A stretch of DNA of 63,084 nt, counting the filler, from Phoronis australis (Eukaryota; Animalia; Phoronida), in NCBI GenBank assembly GCA_002633005.1. It is 9 parts of 9 records of this genome, joined end to end, with 100 filler letters (N's around TTAATTAATTAA, not from the genome) between each part and the next. Parts side by side here need not be neighbours in the genome. Positions count along the whole stretch, not along the records: positions 26,525 to 29,783 come from NMRA01003118.1; positions 29,884 to 33,124 come from NMRA01003128.1; positions 33,225 to 38,129 come from NMRA01001632.1; positions 38,230 to 41,330 come from NMRA01003223.1; 5 more parts are not named here. One strand, written 5' to 3'. Position numbers and translations under genes: made by a program. The notes beneath the pieces were generated by a model. It did not search any database and was not told where the DNA came from. It was given only the letters and a program-made list of their open reading frames with translations. Positions 26,525-38,999 of this stretch are shown here, one piece after another; within the stretch, counting starts at the first letter, position 1, and each line of letters opens with the position of its first letter.

Positions 26525-29006
26525 AATAAGATTTTGCCCAGTATATCCGCCCTTGGGTCACTGAGAATGTTAGTTTTTATTGCTACTCCTGCAGTTCTGG
26601 TGTAAATGAATTGGACATTTTAATTTTATTGGCGGCCATCATGGAATTTCAAAAAAGGAGCCTGTAAAATACATTTTGCTGAGTATCTCTGCTCTTGAGT
26701 CACTTAGAATGTTTAGTTTTATTGGCTGCACACACATGTTGTGAGGTAAGGAAGTGAAAGACACTATTTCTAAAATGATACATATCATCTAAATGATTTT
26801 TAATAGCTGCTACAAACACCCAGAATATTAACCTTTATTTACAGTGTACATGTATATCTATATCTTTTTGAAAAGACATATGAGACATATCTTTTGAAGA
26901 TTTCGATATTATTTCCACTGTTCACTTTGGAATCCAGCTCTCCTTTACTCAAGGGAAATGCATTTTGCCTTTGACAGTCGGATGGCAGAAAATTTTGGCA
27001 GTAACCAGGCTGATGATCAATGACAAGAACAACAGGAGTTGTAGCCTGCTGAGCTAATCGACCAGAAACATGTTATCAGCCACTATGAATTCACCCTAAC
27101 ACCAAGAGCAATCTTTGCTGCCAGTGGAGCAATGCTGCCATGTACAGACTTCTGCACAAACATTCCGAAGTGGACGTCCTAGAACAGAACAGCCCTCAAG
27201 CTGCAAGCGAGGTTTTAGATCTAGAAAATATGTAAACAACATCCATTGAGTGTGTTCACCCAAGCCACAAAACTGCACATGTGGATAGTATGGAAGTGAT
27301 GTTCTTAACTAGAAATTATGACGATATAATTCTGGTTTTTGACACCTACAGGAGAAAAAAAGACGCAGAGAAATGGTCAAGTACAGTACCAGATAAGAGA
27401 TGAGACTTACATACAGAATATCCCATTGAGCTGTTTCCTCCTCTCCCATGACCAAAAAAGGCTCAACTTACTGAATATCTGTCTGCAAAGACACTTGAAT
27501 ATAATCAAGACTCTGCCAAGATAGCCATTACTTCAGCTTCAGAATGCACAAAGAGCAACCTACGTGATCTACACTTAGAAGGAAACGATCACGAAAAAGC
27601 AGATATATTGCTAATACACTGTACATCATGCAGTTCTGGCACCACATCAAAGGGTCCCTGATTCTCAGCTGATGTTTTCTCACCTGACATAGATTTACTG
27701 GTACTCGCCATTGCCTATTATGACAGGCTTCTCAGAAATACTTCAGTCCCCATGCCATCTGGGATTGTGGACGTGAATCCAATATCGACCATATTAGGTG
27801 CTGTCCGGGCAAAGGCTCTTCCAGCTTCCCATACTTTTACATGGACAGACAACACTGGTCCATTGTGTAGGTTGAACATATATTTGAAGGCAAACACTGA
27901 TGATATCAATGCACTGCAGACTTTTTGTACTGCTTATGAAGTAAGAGGTGAACCTCTTTTCACATCAGCCCCTTTTATATGTGCATACTCACCACAGGGT
28001 ATAGACACAAATAGCATCCCAGAGCTTAGAAACAGCATGTGCTGAGGGTGTTTATTCAAGCCAGAGTGTGGGGCCAGGCAGCCATTGCTCGACAAAAGAT
28101 ATTTGACCCACTGCAGAATGAATTTACAAGGACAAAGATGACCAGATGAAACCCACACAACTGAGGAGCTTCCGGCGCCAGAGGCTTTCATTGAGATGGT
28201 TACTAGATGTCAGTGCAAAAACGATTGCTATTCCCAAAGATGCTATTGCCGATCAAAAGACCTACCTTACACAGATCTATGTCAGTGTAGTGCAGAATGT
28301 CAGAATGGTGATGATGATATGATTCCTGGTGACAGTGATGGCTAAAGTAATGATCTACGATTTCAACGTTTTGAAAGACTATTATTGATACTACAAAAAC
28401 ATACTTTCATGTTCTTCAAACGTAAATAAGTTGTTTAGGTACTGGTTTAGTTTAAGTGACTTGAAGGAAACAAGGTCCGAACAAATTATACAAGAAAGTA
28501 AGATAGTGATACTATGTGTTGGATTACATGAAGAATGCATTTAGAAAATGTGGCTGCTAATAAATGGGGTTTTGACTATGTTTCTCATTTAATAAGTTGT
28601 ATTTTCAGATTTCTTGACCACCAAAATGTGGGTGCAGCCATTAAAACTAACATTCTAAGTGACCCAAGAGCAATGATACTAAGGAAAATGTATTTCACGG
28701 GCGCCATTTTTAAAAATTCAAGATGGCCGCCAAAATGGCCTCCAATAAAATTAAAATTTCCAGTTCCTTGACCTGAGTAATTCAGGTGTAGCCATAAAAA
28801 TCAAGATTCTAAGTGACCCAAAAGCGGAGATATTGGGCAAAATCTACTTTACCGGCGCCATTTTTGAAAATCCAAGATGGCCGCCAAAATCGAATCAATT
28901 ATTTTCTGATTTTTCATTCCACGAGGTTTCCAAAAATGTATAGTTTCCATTTTCCCCCAAAAATTTCAACAAAATTACATAACAAATCTGACTATCTGAC
29001 AGGCTT
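26525..29006 (+). mobile_element. Degenerate Academ DNA transposon
   Basis: Subterminal blocks at 26525-26730 are the inverse of blocks at 28600-28890 (aagattttgcccagtatatccgc / gcggagatattgggcaaaatct; atggccgcc repeats). They enclose an Academ-like transposase remnant. The left end is cut by the contig boundary. Confidence 0.7.
27560..28345 (+). pseudogene. Academ transposase C-terminal remnant (XPG/PIN-like region plus Cys cluster)
   Basis: Motifs HEKADILLIH (HEEADT), FSPDIDLLVL (S.DTDV), ALPASHTFTWTD (FHAFTGCD) and PAPEAFIEMV.RCQCKNDCYSQRCYCRSKDLPYTDLCQC, with frameshifts and stops. Confidence 0.8.
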
Positions 29007-29783
29007 GGAATCGGATAACTGACGGGCGTTCAACCAGTATGAGTAGATCCGCTAACAGGGTGTTGGGTTGCGACCCGCTCAAGTTATGGGTTCGATTCCG
29101 CGCGCGTAGGGGATGATCTTGAAAAACCACTTCTCTGGACGATAATGTCATCTTAATTGCCATTAGTTAAAAATGCTCTGTGCGTAATGTTTAATCCAAG
29201 GGGCAAACTTCGGTTTCAAGGACGGACACAAAACCAAATCAAGTTCCCGTACCACAGGTGTGATCACCACGAGAGGAGGTCAAATCCGTCAGAAGTTAAA
29301 CACTCCCAACGAAGGATACCTTGCGTGCAGTACAAGTGTGCGCCATTTTTCATGTTGTCCCATATATAATTTTGTGAATCGAGTAACTTTCTTGGAAAAA
29401 CTTTTGTGTATGAACAAAATAAGGCAACCGCAAGACAGCAGTGACCTCAATTAAACAGCTCTGTCTATTCTAGCATTCAGCATCATTATTATTATACCTG
29501 CCCTGTCCTCGGTTTCGTTGGGCGTCTGAATATTCAAGTAGGCGTAATAAACAAACCTACACACATTCCTGTAATTGGACGGTAGAGTAAAACCTGCTAA
29601 CACTAATCTTATTGAAAAATATCGACTAGATTGTCAAATGGTTGCAATTATGCCATTACCAAAATGACCAGGATTTTCACACAGCCCCTTTCCGACAGCT
29701 ATACATGTACGTTCTACGCTTAATTGTGGAGCGCATTTAAAATGGCCGATGATGTCAGCAATAATCCGACAATTTACAAAGTT

Positions 29784-29883
29784 NNNNNNNNNNNNNNNNN
29801 NNNNNNNNNNNNNNNNNNNNNNNNNNNTTAATTAATTAANNNNNNNNNNNNNNNNNNNNNNNNNNNNNNNNNNNNNNNNNNNN
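29784..29883. other. Artificial contig-joining spacer
   Basis: N44-TTAATTAATTAA-N44. Confidence 0.97.
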
Positions 29884-30306
29884 CAGTCATGTGACTAAGG
29901 GCGCGAGCTGCAGGCTTGAAACGTTATCCTCATTTAACTAAATAAATGTCTTCTAGTTAAGAACTTCTCTCATTTTTACCAGCAGCTCATTATTACCTGG
30001 ACCAAACATAGTGACAAGTGACATGCCAATTTTCTGTTCCCATTCTCCAGCACTAACAAACTTTCAGTTCTCCCGAAGCCCAGAAATCACGTCTAATCTG
30101 AGCAAAGAACAAGTTGAGGCCAATATGATAACGGTATTTTTAAAAAAAAAATAATTGTAGGCGGTCTGATACACGTTGTACCAGACGTGCGCAGGCCTCG
30201 CATGTGGGCCCATTGCACTGATCACCTGGAAATATTTTTATGCTTTATTAATATATGGTTAAAACCGAGCTGAGGAGCTAGAAACCTGGCTCAAGGGTTT
30301 AGCAGT

Positions 30307-30378
30307 GTGACCTGGTGGGACTTGAACCCACGACCTCGAGTTAAGAAAGCGGGCACTTATCAACCAGGCCACACTGCC
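30307..30378 (-). mobile_element. tRNA-derived SINE head
   Basis: Minus strand ggcagtgtggcctggttgataag...gtcgtgggttcaagtcccacc has A and B boxes at tRNA spacing but no proper acceptor stem. Confidence 0.6.
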
Positions 30379-30735
30379 TCCTCTAATAATAATGGTATTT
30401 GGTTTAAATTGGAATTTTTTGATGGAACACAGGTCTACTTCAGTTTCTGGTTGCGTTTAGATTCAATTGCTGAGCAATGGACATTATTGACCAGTGGTTA
30501 TTGAACAATTGTATGCTGGCTTAAATATGTCAAATAACATACTAGATCATAATTGTAACATGCAAGTGGATTTAAATAAGGGCAAGACTTTTTTCATTCT
30601 TAAGTTTGTCATCAGTCTTTGTGTCACAGTTGAAAAGCTAATTTAATTTGCAGGGCTTGTTAAATCTTTGCGTGGTTATTAGGCTGTTTCTAGTTCAGTA
30701 TAATATTGGGATGCTTTTGTTCTTTCGCGTCACAG

Positions 30736-30874
30736 AAAAAAACCAGGAGCACATAGTTACGGTGCGAAGCTTGGAAGATGCCAAGCTGACGGCAGAGAGA
30801 GAGGCGCGAGAGGCTAAGAGTGAACTGAAGACATTGTCGGACTACTTCAGACAACGAGAGACAGACCTGCAAAT
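30736..30874 (+). CDS. MIA3: Exon of TANGO1/cTAGE5 (MIA3/MIA2) coiled-coil region
   Basis: Acceptor ttctttcgcgtcacag| and donor AT|gtaaga. ...EAKSELKTLSDYFRQRETDLQ resembles the invertebrate Tango1 motif L.VLS.YFKEKE..LQ. Confidence 0.75.
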
Positions 30875-31182
30875 GTAAGACAAGATTACTGTATCCTGTT
30901 AGTAAATATTTTGCTAAGGATTTGTTAGTATGTGATTTGGGATACGTAAGACCCTTCTACAGGGCAGAAGACATGTTCACGTGACCCAATGGATACAAAA
31001 ATCAAATTATGCAGGCTTCCTACTCTAAATGATATGCTTTCACTGACTTGAAACGTCTACCTTTTGTCGATATTTAGCTAAATATATTTAACTTGTTTGA
31101 TAAAGTCGTTCATAACCTTAAATTTGTTTAATCAGTTCGACCAATTGGTCGTTCTCAAACATGACGACACTTATGGTTGCAG

Positions 31183-31345
31183 GCAACTCGGAGAGCACGT
31201 GGTACTAAAGAAGCAGACGGGCAATGCAGTGCAGTCAGCGGAAGAGAAGGCGCAGAAAAGGGAGCAGGAAATGTTGGTCTATAAGCAGCAGGTGACTGAC
31301 ATGAAGAAGGAGATCGAGAAATTGGACGATACTTACAGGAAACGG
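31183..31345 (+). CDS. MIA3: Next exon of TANGO1/cTAGE5 coiled-coil region
   Basis: Acceptor ttgcag|G and donor CGG|gtaggt. It is phase-compatible with the previous exon (AT+G) and reads QLGEHVVLKKQTG...EMLVYKQQVTDMKKEIEKLDDTYRKR. Confidence 0.75.
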
Positions 31346-33029
31346 GTAGGTGTCGCTAAGGGGAGCCTCTCCTGCATGTTCTGGCTTATTATCGGGATGT
31401 TGCATGCGCATGTTCCTTACCGCGGTCATACCGTAACCCCTTGCATTGATAAATCGTGGCTTATTCTATCGTGGGAATACGTAGTGGTCTGCCATAGTGC
31501 TGTTCATCGTTCTGGCATTTTTGTCCAATCTTTTTCAAAAAGGTAACTGACTGTTTAAATTGGTAATTGTCACTTGCAGGGGTCCTGCATTTTGAGAACC
31601 ATTTTTGGCCTTTGGTAACAGTTATTGAACTGGTTTGCAAAATGCGGGACCCCTGATACTGTGATGCTAACGTGATCTCATCAAATTCACAACGCATGAG
31701 CCTGATGAGCTGCACTCCTGGCCAAGTATGGATTTACTGTACTTCACTTTACTTGGCAATGATTTTCTTAGCCAGCCAGCTAGCTTTATGAAGACTATCA
31801 TCAAAATACAGCTAGGAATTTCTGTGAGTTGTTCTCCATTAGACCCTGAAAATTTCACAGCCCCTAGGTAGTTCTGCTCGTCACCTCGTCGTGCACCGTA
31901 TATCAACATGTAGAGCTAATGACTGGCTAGGGTGCATGCAAAATCTGGAAGTCAACGGACACTCACTGTGCCCATTGCAGCTGTTCAAGTATAAAACAAT
32001 CCAACAAGTGTCATTTTCTTGCATAATTCTCTGTCTTTGTAATAAAAGTCTATCGTTGTTTTGAAAACAGTACTCTCGTGACATTTATAGGTGCCATTTC
32101 CCAATTTTTTTGTGACATCTCTCTGGAGATGATGGAAGCTTCACGGCAGCAAAATTAGTTTGGAAATTTGGTTTGCTGGCTTCAAATCTAAAAATTTATA
32201 TCAAAATGAGACCAGCTCCGATAATTTGTTGTGACGTGCATACAATCATGTGGAAGAAGAACAGTTGGTTAAAGAACCGTGAAAAAAGAAACTGGCCAAC
32301 AGGTGACACTATAATTCATCACTCCGAAAACTGACACATAAGATTGTTCCACTACTTTAGCAGCAGAATAATGGTAGAACACCTATTTTTCTAACACGAG
32401 TAAATAATTTAGTTTACTGAAGATGAAGTGTATTTTTAATGACACTAATTTTGTGTCAGATTTTATTTGGCCAGTTTTTTACATTTTTTTGACAATTCAT
32501 TGTTGACTACTAGCAAACGTCTTGCATTTGATTTTATTCACTCTCTTTAATACTTTTCTTTCNATTGTTGACTACTAGCAAACGTCTTGCATTTGATTTT
32601 ATTCACTCTCTTTAATACTTTTCTTTCACCATCTTATTCAGTTCTATTCTTATTTCAGTCCGTAGAGCAGGAACAGCGATCTCATGATGCCTGGGTGAGT
32701 GCCAGCACTTGGAGTCTACTGTATCCATTAGGCTTAATGCCAGAGGCGGTTGTTTAGTAAGGTTGCTCATCCATTTCTTGTGAAACTGGGCAAAGTTAAA
32801 AGGTTTAATCCCACACAGTATCTTCAAATCAGCGCTGTTGGTGTGTTATTGCATTTCGAAGAAGATTAGTTAACACGATATTCTCCACAAATTCCTTTTA
32901 AACTGGCATGAGTCGGACGATTATCCATTGGTACGGTTGTTTTAGTTTGTGCACTTAGCCCTTTATATTAAGTCTAATTTCACCTTACTCAAATAAAGTC
33001 TTTCAGTTCTGTTGGTTCTGAGATACACA

Positions 33030-33124
33030 AGAATTACTGTACATGTTGCACTAGTGTCTCAAGATAATTACTGTACATGTTTCACTAGTGTCTCAAGATA
33101 ATTACTGTACATGTTTCACTAGTG
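33030..33124. repeat. ~34-bp tandem repeat, about 3 copies, truncated by contig end
   Basis: Unit aattactgtacatgtttcactagtgtctcaagat. Confidence 0.9.
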
Positions 33125-33224
33125 NNNNNNNNNNNNNNNNNNNNNNNNNNNNNNNNNNNNNNNNNNNNTTAATTAATTAANNNNNNNNNNNNNNNNNNNN
33201 NNNNNNNNNNNNNNNNNNNNNNNN
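33125..33224. other. Artificial contig-joining spacer
   Basis: N44-TTAATTAATTAA-N44. Confidence 0.97.
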
Positions 33225-34003
33225 AATGATATTGATATAAGTATACTGATATAATTATATTGATATCATTATTTTGATATAATTATATTGATATTATTAT
33301 ATTGGAACAAAATTAAAGAATTTTACCACACAATAAACCATCCATAAGTTGGACATGTGTAGGTAAGATTTTCATTTAACCCGGGCAAAATTTCATGGTA
33401 ATACCATTCTTTGAAGTCCAACATTCAGCCCCTGAGACATGTAGCATGAATGAAATCTCTCAGTGCGACTGGATGTGACTGATGCAAGTTTTACAATGTA
33501 GTTTTTGGTGGCTTTTCAGAAAACGGAAGGTCAGCTGATATCAGGCAAACATAATGTTGTTTTTTATCATTAAAACTATTGGTTGATTTAGACCAGTGCT
33601 GCAGTGGGGCATAGGCGCACGTAGGCTCAGCCAACCACCATTTGGCATTTGAACGAAGCGCCTACGCTCCATAAGTTACGTTCAGTGCTCAAGGTGATAC
33701 GGTGGGCTTTGGGCGTCTAATTACCTCTATTTGTACCACTACACCATTGATTTAGACCAGTTAACATACCATCAGTCTCATATTGTTCCTTGCTTAGGGA
33801 AGATAATCATTCTGGCTTGGGAAGAACTGACAGCTTGTTACTGCGTGAAACTAAGTACAACAAGTTCGCCAGTCATTTCCCGTGCCAAGCCCCATCGCAT
33901 CATCAAACTGATATTTCATGTCAAGCGGAGAAACCACCACGTCTTCAGAACAGTAGCATATTCAAGTGGTAAAGACATAATGGTAAGGCGTGGTACAAAT
34001 GGG

Positions 34004-34057
34004 GTGTTATCCTTATGTAAGTGTTATCCTTATGTAAGTGTTATCCTTATGTAAGTG
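34004..34057. repeat. 17-bp tandem repeat, 3 copies
   Basis: gtgttatccttatgtaa x3. Confidence 0.95.
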
Positions 34058-34935
34058 ATCCTTAGATGATGTGACCATTACCTTGTACAGAGACCTCATT
34101 GTTGTTATTGCTGCAGTTGTTGACAATATCCTGAGACGTCGCCCTATATCTGTGTTTACTGGCCATGACTGAAATAAAAAAGTTCATCAGTAAACTGAGT
34201 GCACATTTAGACCCCACGAACAGGTTTCTGGTTAACAATTACATCGTCTATTACACGGCAGGATAGCCAGCCGAGGGGCTATGTGTTACCACTAATAGCT
34301 GAGACAAGGCAATTACATCGCCCTGGAAGTCGCAGGCATCGTGTTGCCTAATCTGAGATGTGCCACTCAGAAGTCATTTTTTTTCAAATTCCTACAAAAG
34401 GGTGCATTTTCTAACAACATTTCTAGTGAAAGGCGCTGCAGGCTCTTTTGATTATTCCCTACCAAAGGATTTATTTATTTGAGAGTTTTACACATCCAAA
34501 AAGAAACTATCACCAAAAATTTTGACAGGAAAGGCATGTACTTTTGACTATCTGAGTTTCATGCCCCGGCAACATCATTCTTCTTAAGTTCTATGACTAT
34601 GGGAGGATTTGCCACCCACGCCAAGGAGAGACCACCAGAACAGGTTGACAAAGCCAAGGCAATGACATGATGAAAATTCGGTAACCGCAACACACAGGCA
34701 GGCAAATTTCCCAATAACTCATAACCTGCGAGTGGTGTCAGTCAGTGGTGATAGAGGAACACGCAAAACCTGGCCAGCAACTTGCTTGTGCCTCACTCAG
34801 CCAGTGTTGGAAGAGCATGCAGTAGTAGCCAGCCAGCTAGCTGTATGAAGACTGTCGTCAAAGACAAAATACAGCAAGGTACCACTGTGTGTATTTCTTC
34901 CGTAGACCCCGAAATTGCCCAGAGCCAGGGTAGTT

Positions 34936-36491
34936 CTGGGCCCGGTCTCCAATCTCCGTACTCAGACTCATACTCGAGATTTCANCATACTCAAAATCGT
35001 GCTCACTGGAGTCGTACTCAAAAAAGCGTATCTAATGTCGTATTTCGAGTAGACTCCAAACATACTCAAATCTGACACTCATACTCGAGTTGGTAAGGAA
35101 CTCTTTATGATGTGAAATGCAAAATCACGCAAAGCCGCGCTGATTCATCGCTCCCTAGCTATTGGAATAGACCACCCCAAGAACTAGGCCTACATTATCG
35201 TCTGCTGTCGCTACAACTACAAGAGATGTCTATAACATGGAATTCTGAGTGTTCTGTAACTGTTATTCATTTTTTAGTTTCAATAAATATTCTTATGTCA
35301 TTTCTTTGATACATTTGGCAATTATTAAGCTTTACTTCTTGAGTTCCTCACCCAGTCCCAAAAATGTCTTAAGAAATATGTAACCGCTTATCACATCACA
35401 TCTCTGTTGCTAATTTAGTCTTGACATAAAACCCATTGCTGTGTAGGCCTACGCTGATGTCAAACTTTGATACTTTATCTTTGTATTTTACCGGGATGTA
35501 TCAAGTGAGTTGACATTTGGCACGNCACCCAGTCCCGAAAACGTCTTTTAAAAGAAATTTGTAACAGCTTATCACATCACATCTCTGTTGCTAATTTAGT
35601 CCTGACATAAAACCCATTGCTGTGTAGGCCTACGCTGATGTCAAACTTTGATACTGTATCTTTGTATTTTACCGGGATGTATCAAGTGAGTTGACATTTG
35701 ACTTGTGCAGGCATTCAGAGTTCACCAGTGGCAGTGAACGGGACGAGACGTCTACTTAGAAATCGGAAAACAAAATCTGGAATTCCATTTGGGGATTGAG
35801 GAATTATAGATGACTAAGTTATGATGAGAATTGTACCTGACAGGGAAGCGAACTTTTTTTAACTTCCCTCCCCTCCTCGTCTTTTGGAAACCCTACAAAA
35901 CGTAGGCACACATACCTAAATAAGGGCAGCACAAACTTCTCACACGACTTTTCCCTCAAATGCTTTCGACGCTTGTTATGACTCGCCGGCAAGGGATTAC
36001 AATGCGCCTGTTGCCAGGAATTGTAGAGGTAGAATGGCGGCCATAACATGCAGTGATACGGCGGGTTAATAAGGTGAAGAATAAGAAGATTTATGATGAA
36101 AACTATTATCTCTGAACTGAAGTTGAAGTGCTGAGATACGGTAAGAGGATTTATTTTTTTAGATTTGCTGTGTTTCTTGGTTCCCTTTCGATATTTTGTT
36201 CTCTGGCTCGTATTTATTTTCGAGTACGATTTCAAGCACACTGCNGCCATACCAAACTTGAAATTTGAGCATAGACTCCAAATTTTTACTCAGAATCGTA
36301 CTCGAAATATAGATGAGATACACTTCAGTTCGAGTACACTCCAAAACTGAGTACGTGCTCGAAATTTCGAGTACAGATTTTTCGAGTATGACATTGAATA
36401 CACTAAAGCTGAGTCTGTACTCGAGTTGAGTATGAAGTGTGAGTTTGAGCATGATTCGAGTCTGAGTACGGAGATTGGAGACCGGGCCCAG
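34936..36491. mobile_element. Non-autonomous PIF/Harbinger-like element
   Basis: Perfect ~34-bp inverted ends ctgggcccggtctccaatctccgtactcagactc / gagtctgagtacggagattggagaccgggcccag, with dense subterminal TACTC/GAGTA motifs at both ends. Confidence 0.8.
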
Positions 36492-37577
36492 TTTGTTTTA
36501 TCCACGGATTAACGAGCATCAAACTGGTCCCCGAAATTTGAGAACCCTGTAAATTACTGTTGTTCTCGAATTATTTCAATGAACAGTTGATTCAACCGTA
36601 CCGCAGCTTAATGGAGTTTTCGCAGAACCCCAAACGTGCCATTTCCTGCAACGAATATTTTTGCAACGGTTGCTAACTTCGCTCCACCCAGAATTTTATG
36701 ATTCCTGAACAAGCTCTACAAATTCTTCACAAAATGTTGCATGAACAGCGATTGGAGTTTAAATGTGTTCTTAACCAAAGCAAAAACATTTGATAGCCGT
36801 ACCTGACCCCGATTGTCGCATGACCACACGACGCTACTAGTGTACGAGGTCAACAGTGTTATGAAGAGGTTCGACCTTTCGTAAACGCAGAAACAAAACC
36901 TTGATTGTTAACGTTTCACATGCTCATCACTTATCCGAATTTTCTGGTTTTGATTTTTGGACGTCGTGGGAAGTCAAGTGAGATAGAAAACGTAAAACAG
37001 GAAGAAAACAAGTTGACTGGATGCATTGATGGCCCAAGCTGTTGAAAAAGTCGAAAGAATCACCCTCCGTATCAAAATATCCATACTAGCCATTTCACAG
37101 GCACTGCAACCATTTCAACTGTTCAAAGTTGAATCCCAACAGTTAAATGTTCTTGTGTCGGCAAACTTTTCAAAATGTCCAAAACAAGACTTTACAAACA
37201 TTGTTGATAAAACAAATTCTCCGGTATTTCCTATGTCCTTCAAAAATTACTTTATATACAAATATTAACAAATAATATCACTTACACCAAGAAACTGAGG
37301 TTCAAAACAGTCAACGTACCACACAAAATAACGCATCAACGAAGATGTGACCAGCGCAAAACAAGAAACGTTACACAGCAAAATTTCACGTCAGGAAAAT
37401 GTTACCCGTCATGAGTACTTTGCCATGAAAGTTATAGACCGGGATCCCAGACCTTTTTGGGCATGAAAAGGTAACCAATTTTCTTTGGTACCACAGTGGT
37501 CTATGAGTATCCTCATGCTTTGAAATGACAGTCTGGTGGGTATGGTCATGGGGAGCCAAGAGAATGGCACTCAAATA

Positions 37578-38129
37578 TTGAGCTAGATCAACTTTTCTGG
37601 TAACCACTTCAAACTGTCTTCGATACCTCAGTACTACGCAATCGACTTTATCAAAATTGGTCACTGCCAGACAATTTCAGTGGTGGAGAGTATCAGTCAG
37701 ACGGTTGTGAACAAGGTAAAAAATTGAGCTAGATCAATCCAAGAGGTAACCGCATGAAACCAGTTGCAAAATATTCACCGTGAGCCCAGGTATCACGAAT
37801 GAAAACTGCCAGACAAATCTAGTGGTGGGTTAGCTCCGCTAGACACGCCCAAATACCCGAGTTGAGCTAGATGAACCCACCAGGTTACCGTTTGAAACCA
37901 ATTGCACGATGTTCAGCATCACTGCACATGGCACAACAGTTAGATGTCAGACAATTTCAGTGCTGGGATGCCCCTGCCAGACAATTACCATAACGGGTTA
38001 AAATTGAGCTAGATCAACCCAAGAGGTAACCGCTTAAAACCATTTGCAAAATATTCACCGTAAGCCCACGAATAAACATTGCCAGACAAATCTAGTGGTG
38101 GGTTAGCCCCGCCAGACACGCCCAAATAC
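37578..38129. repeat. ~140-bp satellite-like tandem repeat with 280-bp dimeric higher order
   Basis: ttgagctagat occurs at 37578, 37724, 37862 and 38004, and alternate units are more similar to each other. Confidence 0.85.
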
Positions 38130-38229
38130 NNNNNNNNNNNNNNNNNNNNNNNNNNNNNNNNNNNNNNNNNNNNTTAATTAATTAANNNNNNNNNNNNNNN
38201 NNNNNNNNNNNNNNNNNNNNNNNNNNNNN
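38130..38229. other. Artificial contig-joining spacer
   Basis: N44-TTAATTAATTAA-N44. Confidence 0.97.
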
Positions 38230-38999
38230 TGAAGAAGAGAGAGAAACAATACAAGATCAGTTAAGGTGACTCCAAGCACATTTAATGCATGTTTCAGGCT
38301 GTACCGGTTCCGTGTAATTCAAACTCCTCCCATTTAGTCCAAAGTCGCGATTTTATAAATAATGAAACAACTTCATGCAACACATATATTTTACATTTTC
38401 AGTAAAATCTGGCTTAAATGTAAGCAAATCAGTGTTTGTTGGCAGCCGTCTTTCTCGAGAGACAATTGACATTCTCCCTCTGTCAGTCATAGTTGGATTG
38501 CAGCGTCGCCTCTGGCTGAAAAGTCTGATTTTGGAGGGACAGGCTCTGTTACAGTTGTCACAGGTGTATACTTGGTCCAGATCAGTAAGAGCAGAGCCTG
38601 ACTCGGACCTCTGTCACCTGTTTTCTCGAAGTAGTGCCTGTTTCTTTTCTTTGCTCACTGATTTTGATGCACGACTTAACAATCCACCTCCACCTGCTGC
38701 GATTGTCCTAAATGTGAGCAAATCAGTGCGAGTTGTAGCCATTAACATGCTTCTTTCTGGCTCAGTTCTATGCACACAGATCCCTACTGTATATTCTACT
38801 CTCTTTAGATTTAAGCACATAATTCTATAAAATGTGTTTTCATAATTGTACGCCCCTGACCTTGTCACCCGTCTTTTTGTCTCCTGTGAACAGGTTGAAA
38901 TGACAACATGCTGAACTATTTTCGAATTGCCCCATGATTCCCAGTTGCTGTCGTTTCTAATGAAAACTAGTCTTTGTCATGTTCTTCAACTTCAAAATT

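Noticed and set aside
29024-29110. tRNA gene (ggttcgattcc B box)
   Set aside because: No cloverleaf or convincing A box; at most a decayed SINE head. The same applies to calling 30307-30378 and 14771-14830 true tRNAs.
35348-35700. ~175-bp tandem duplication (similarly 32498-32627)
   Set aside because: The copies abut a single N, typical of unmerged contig overlaps or haplotypes.
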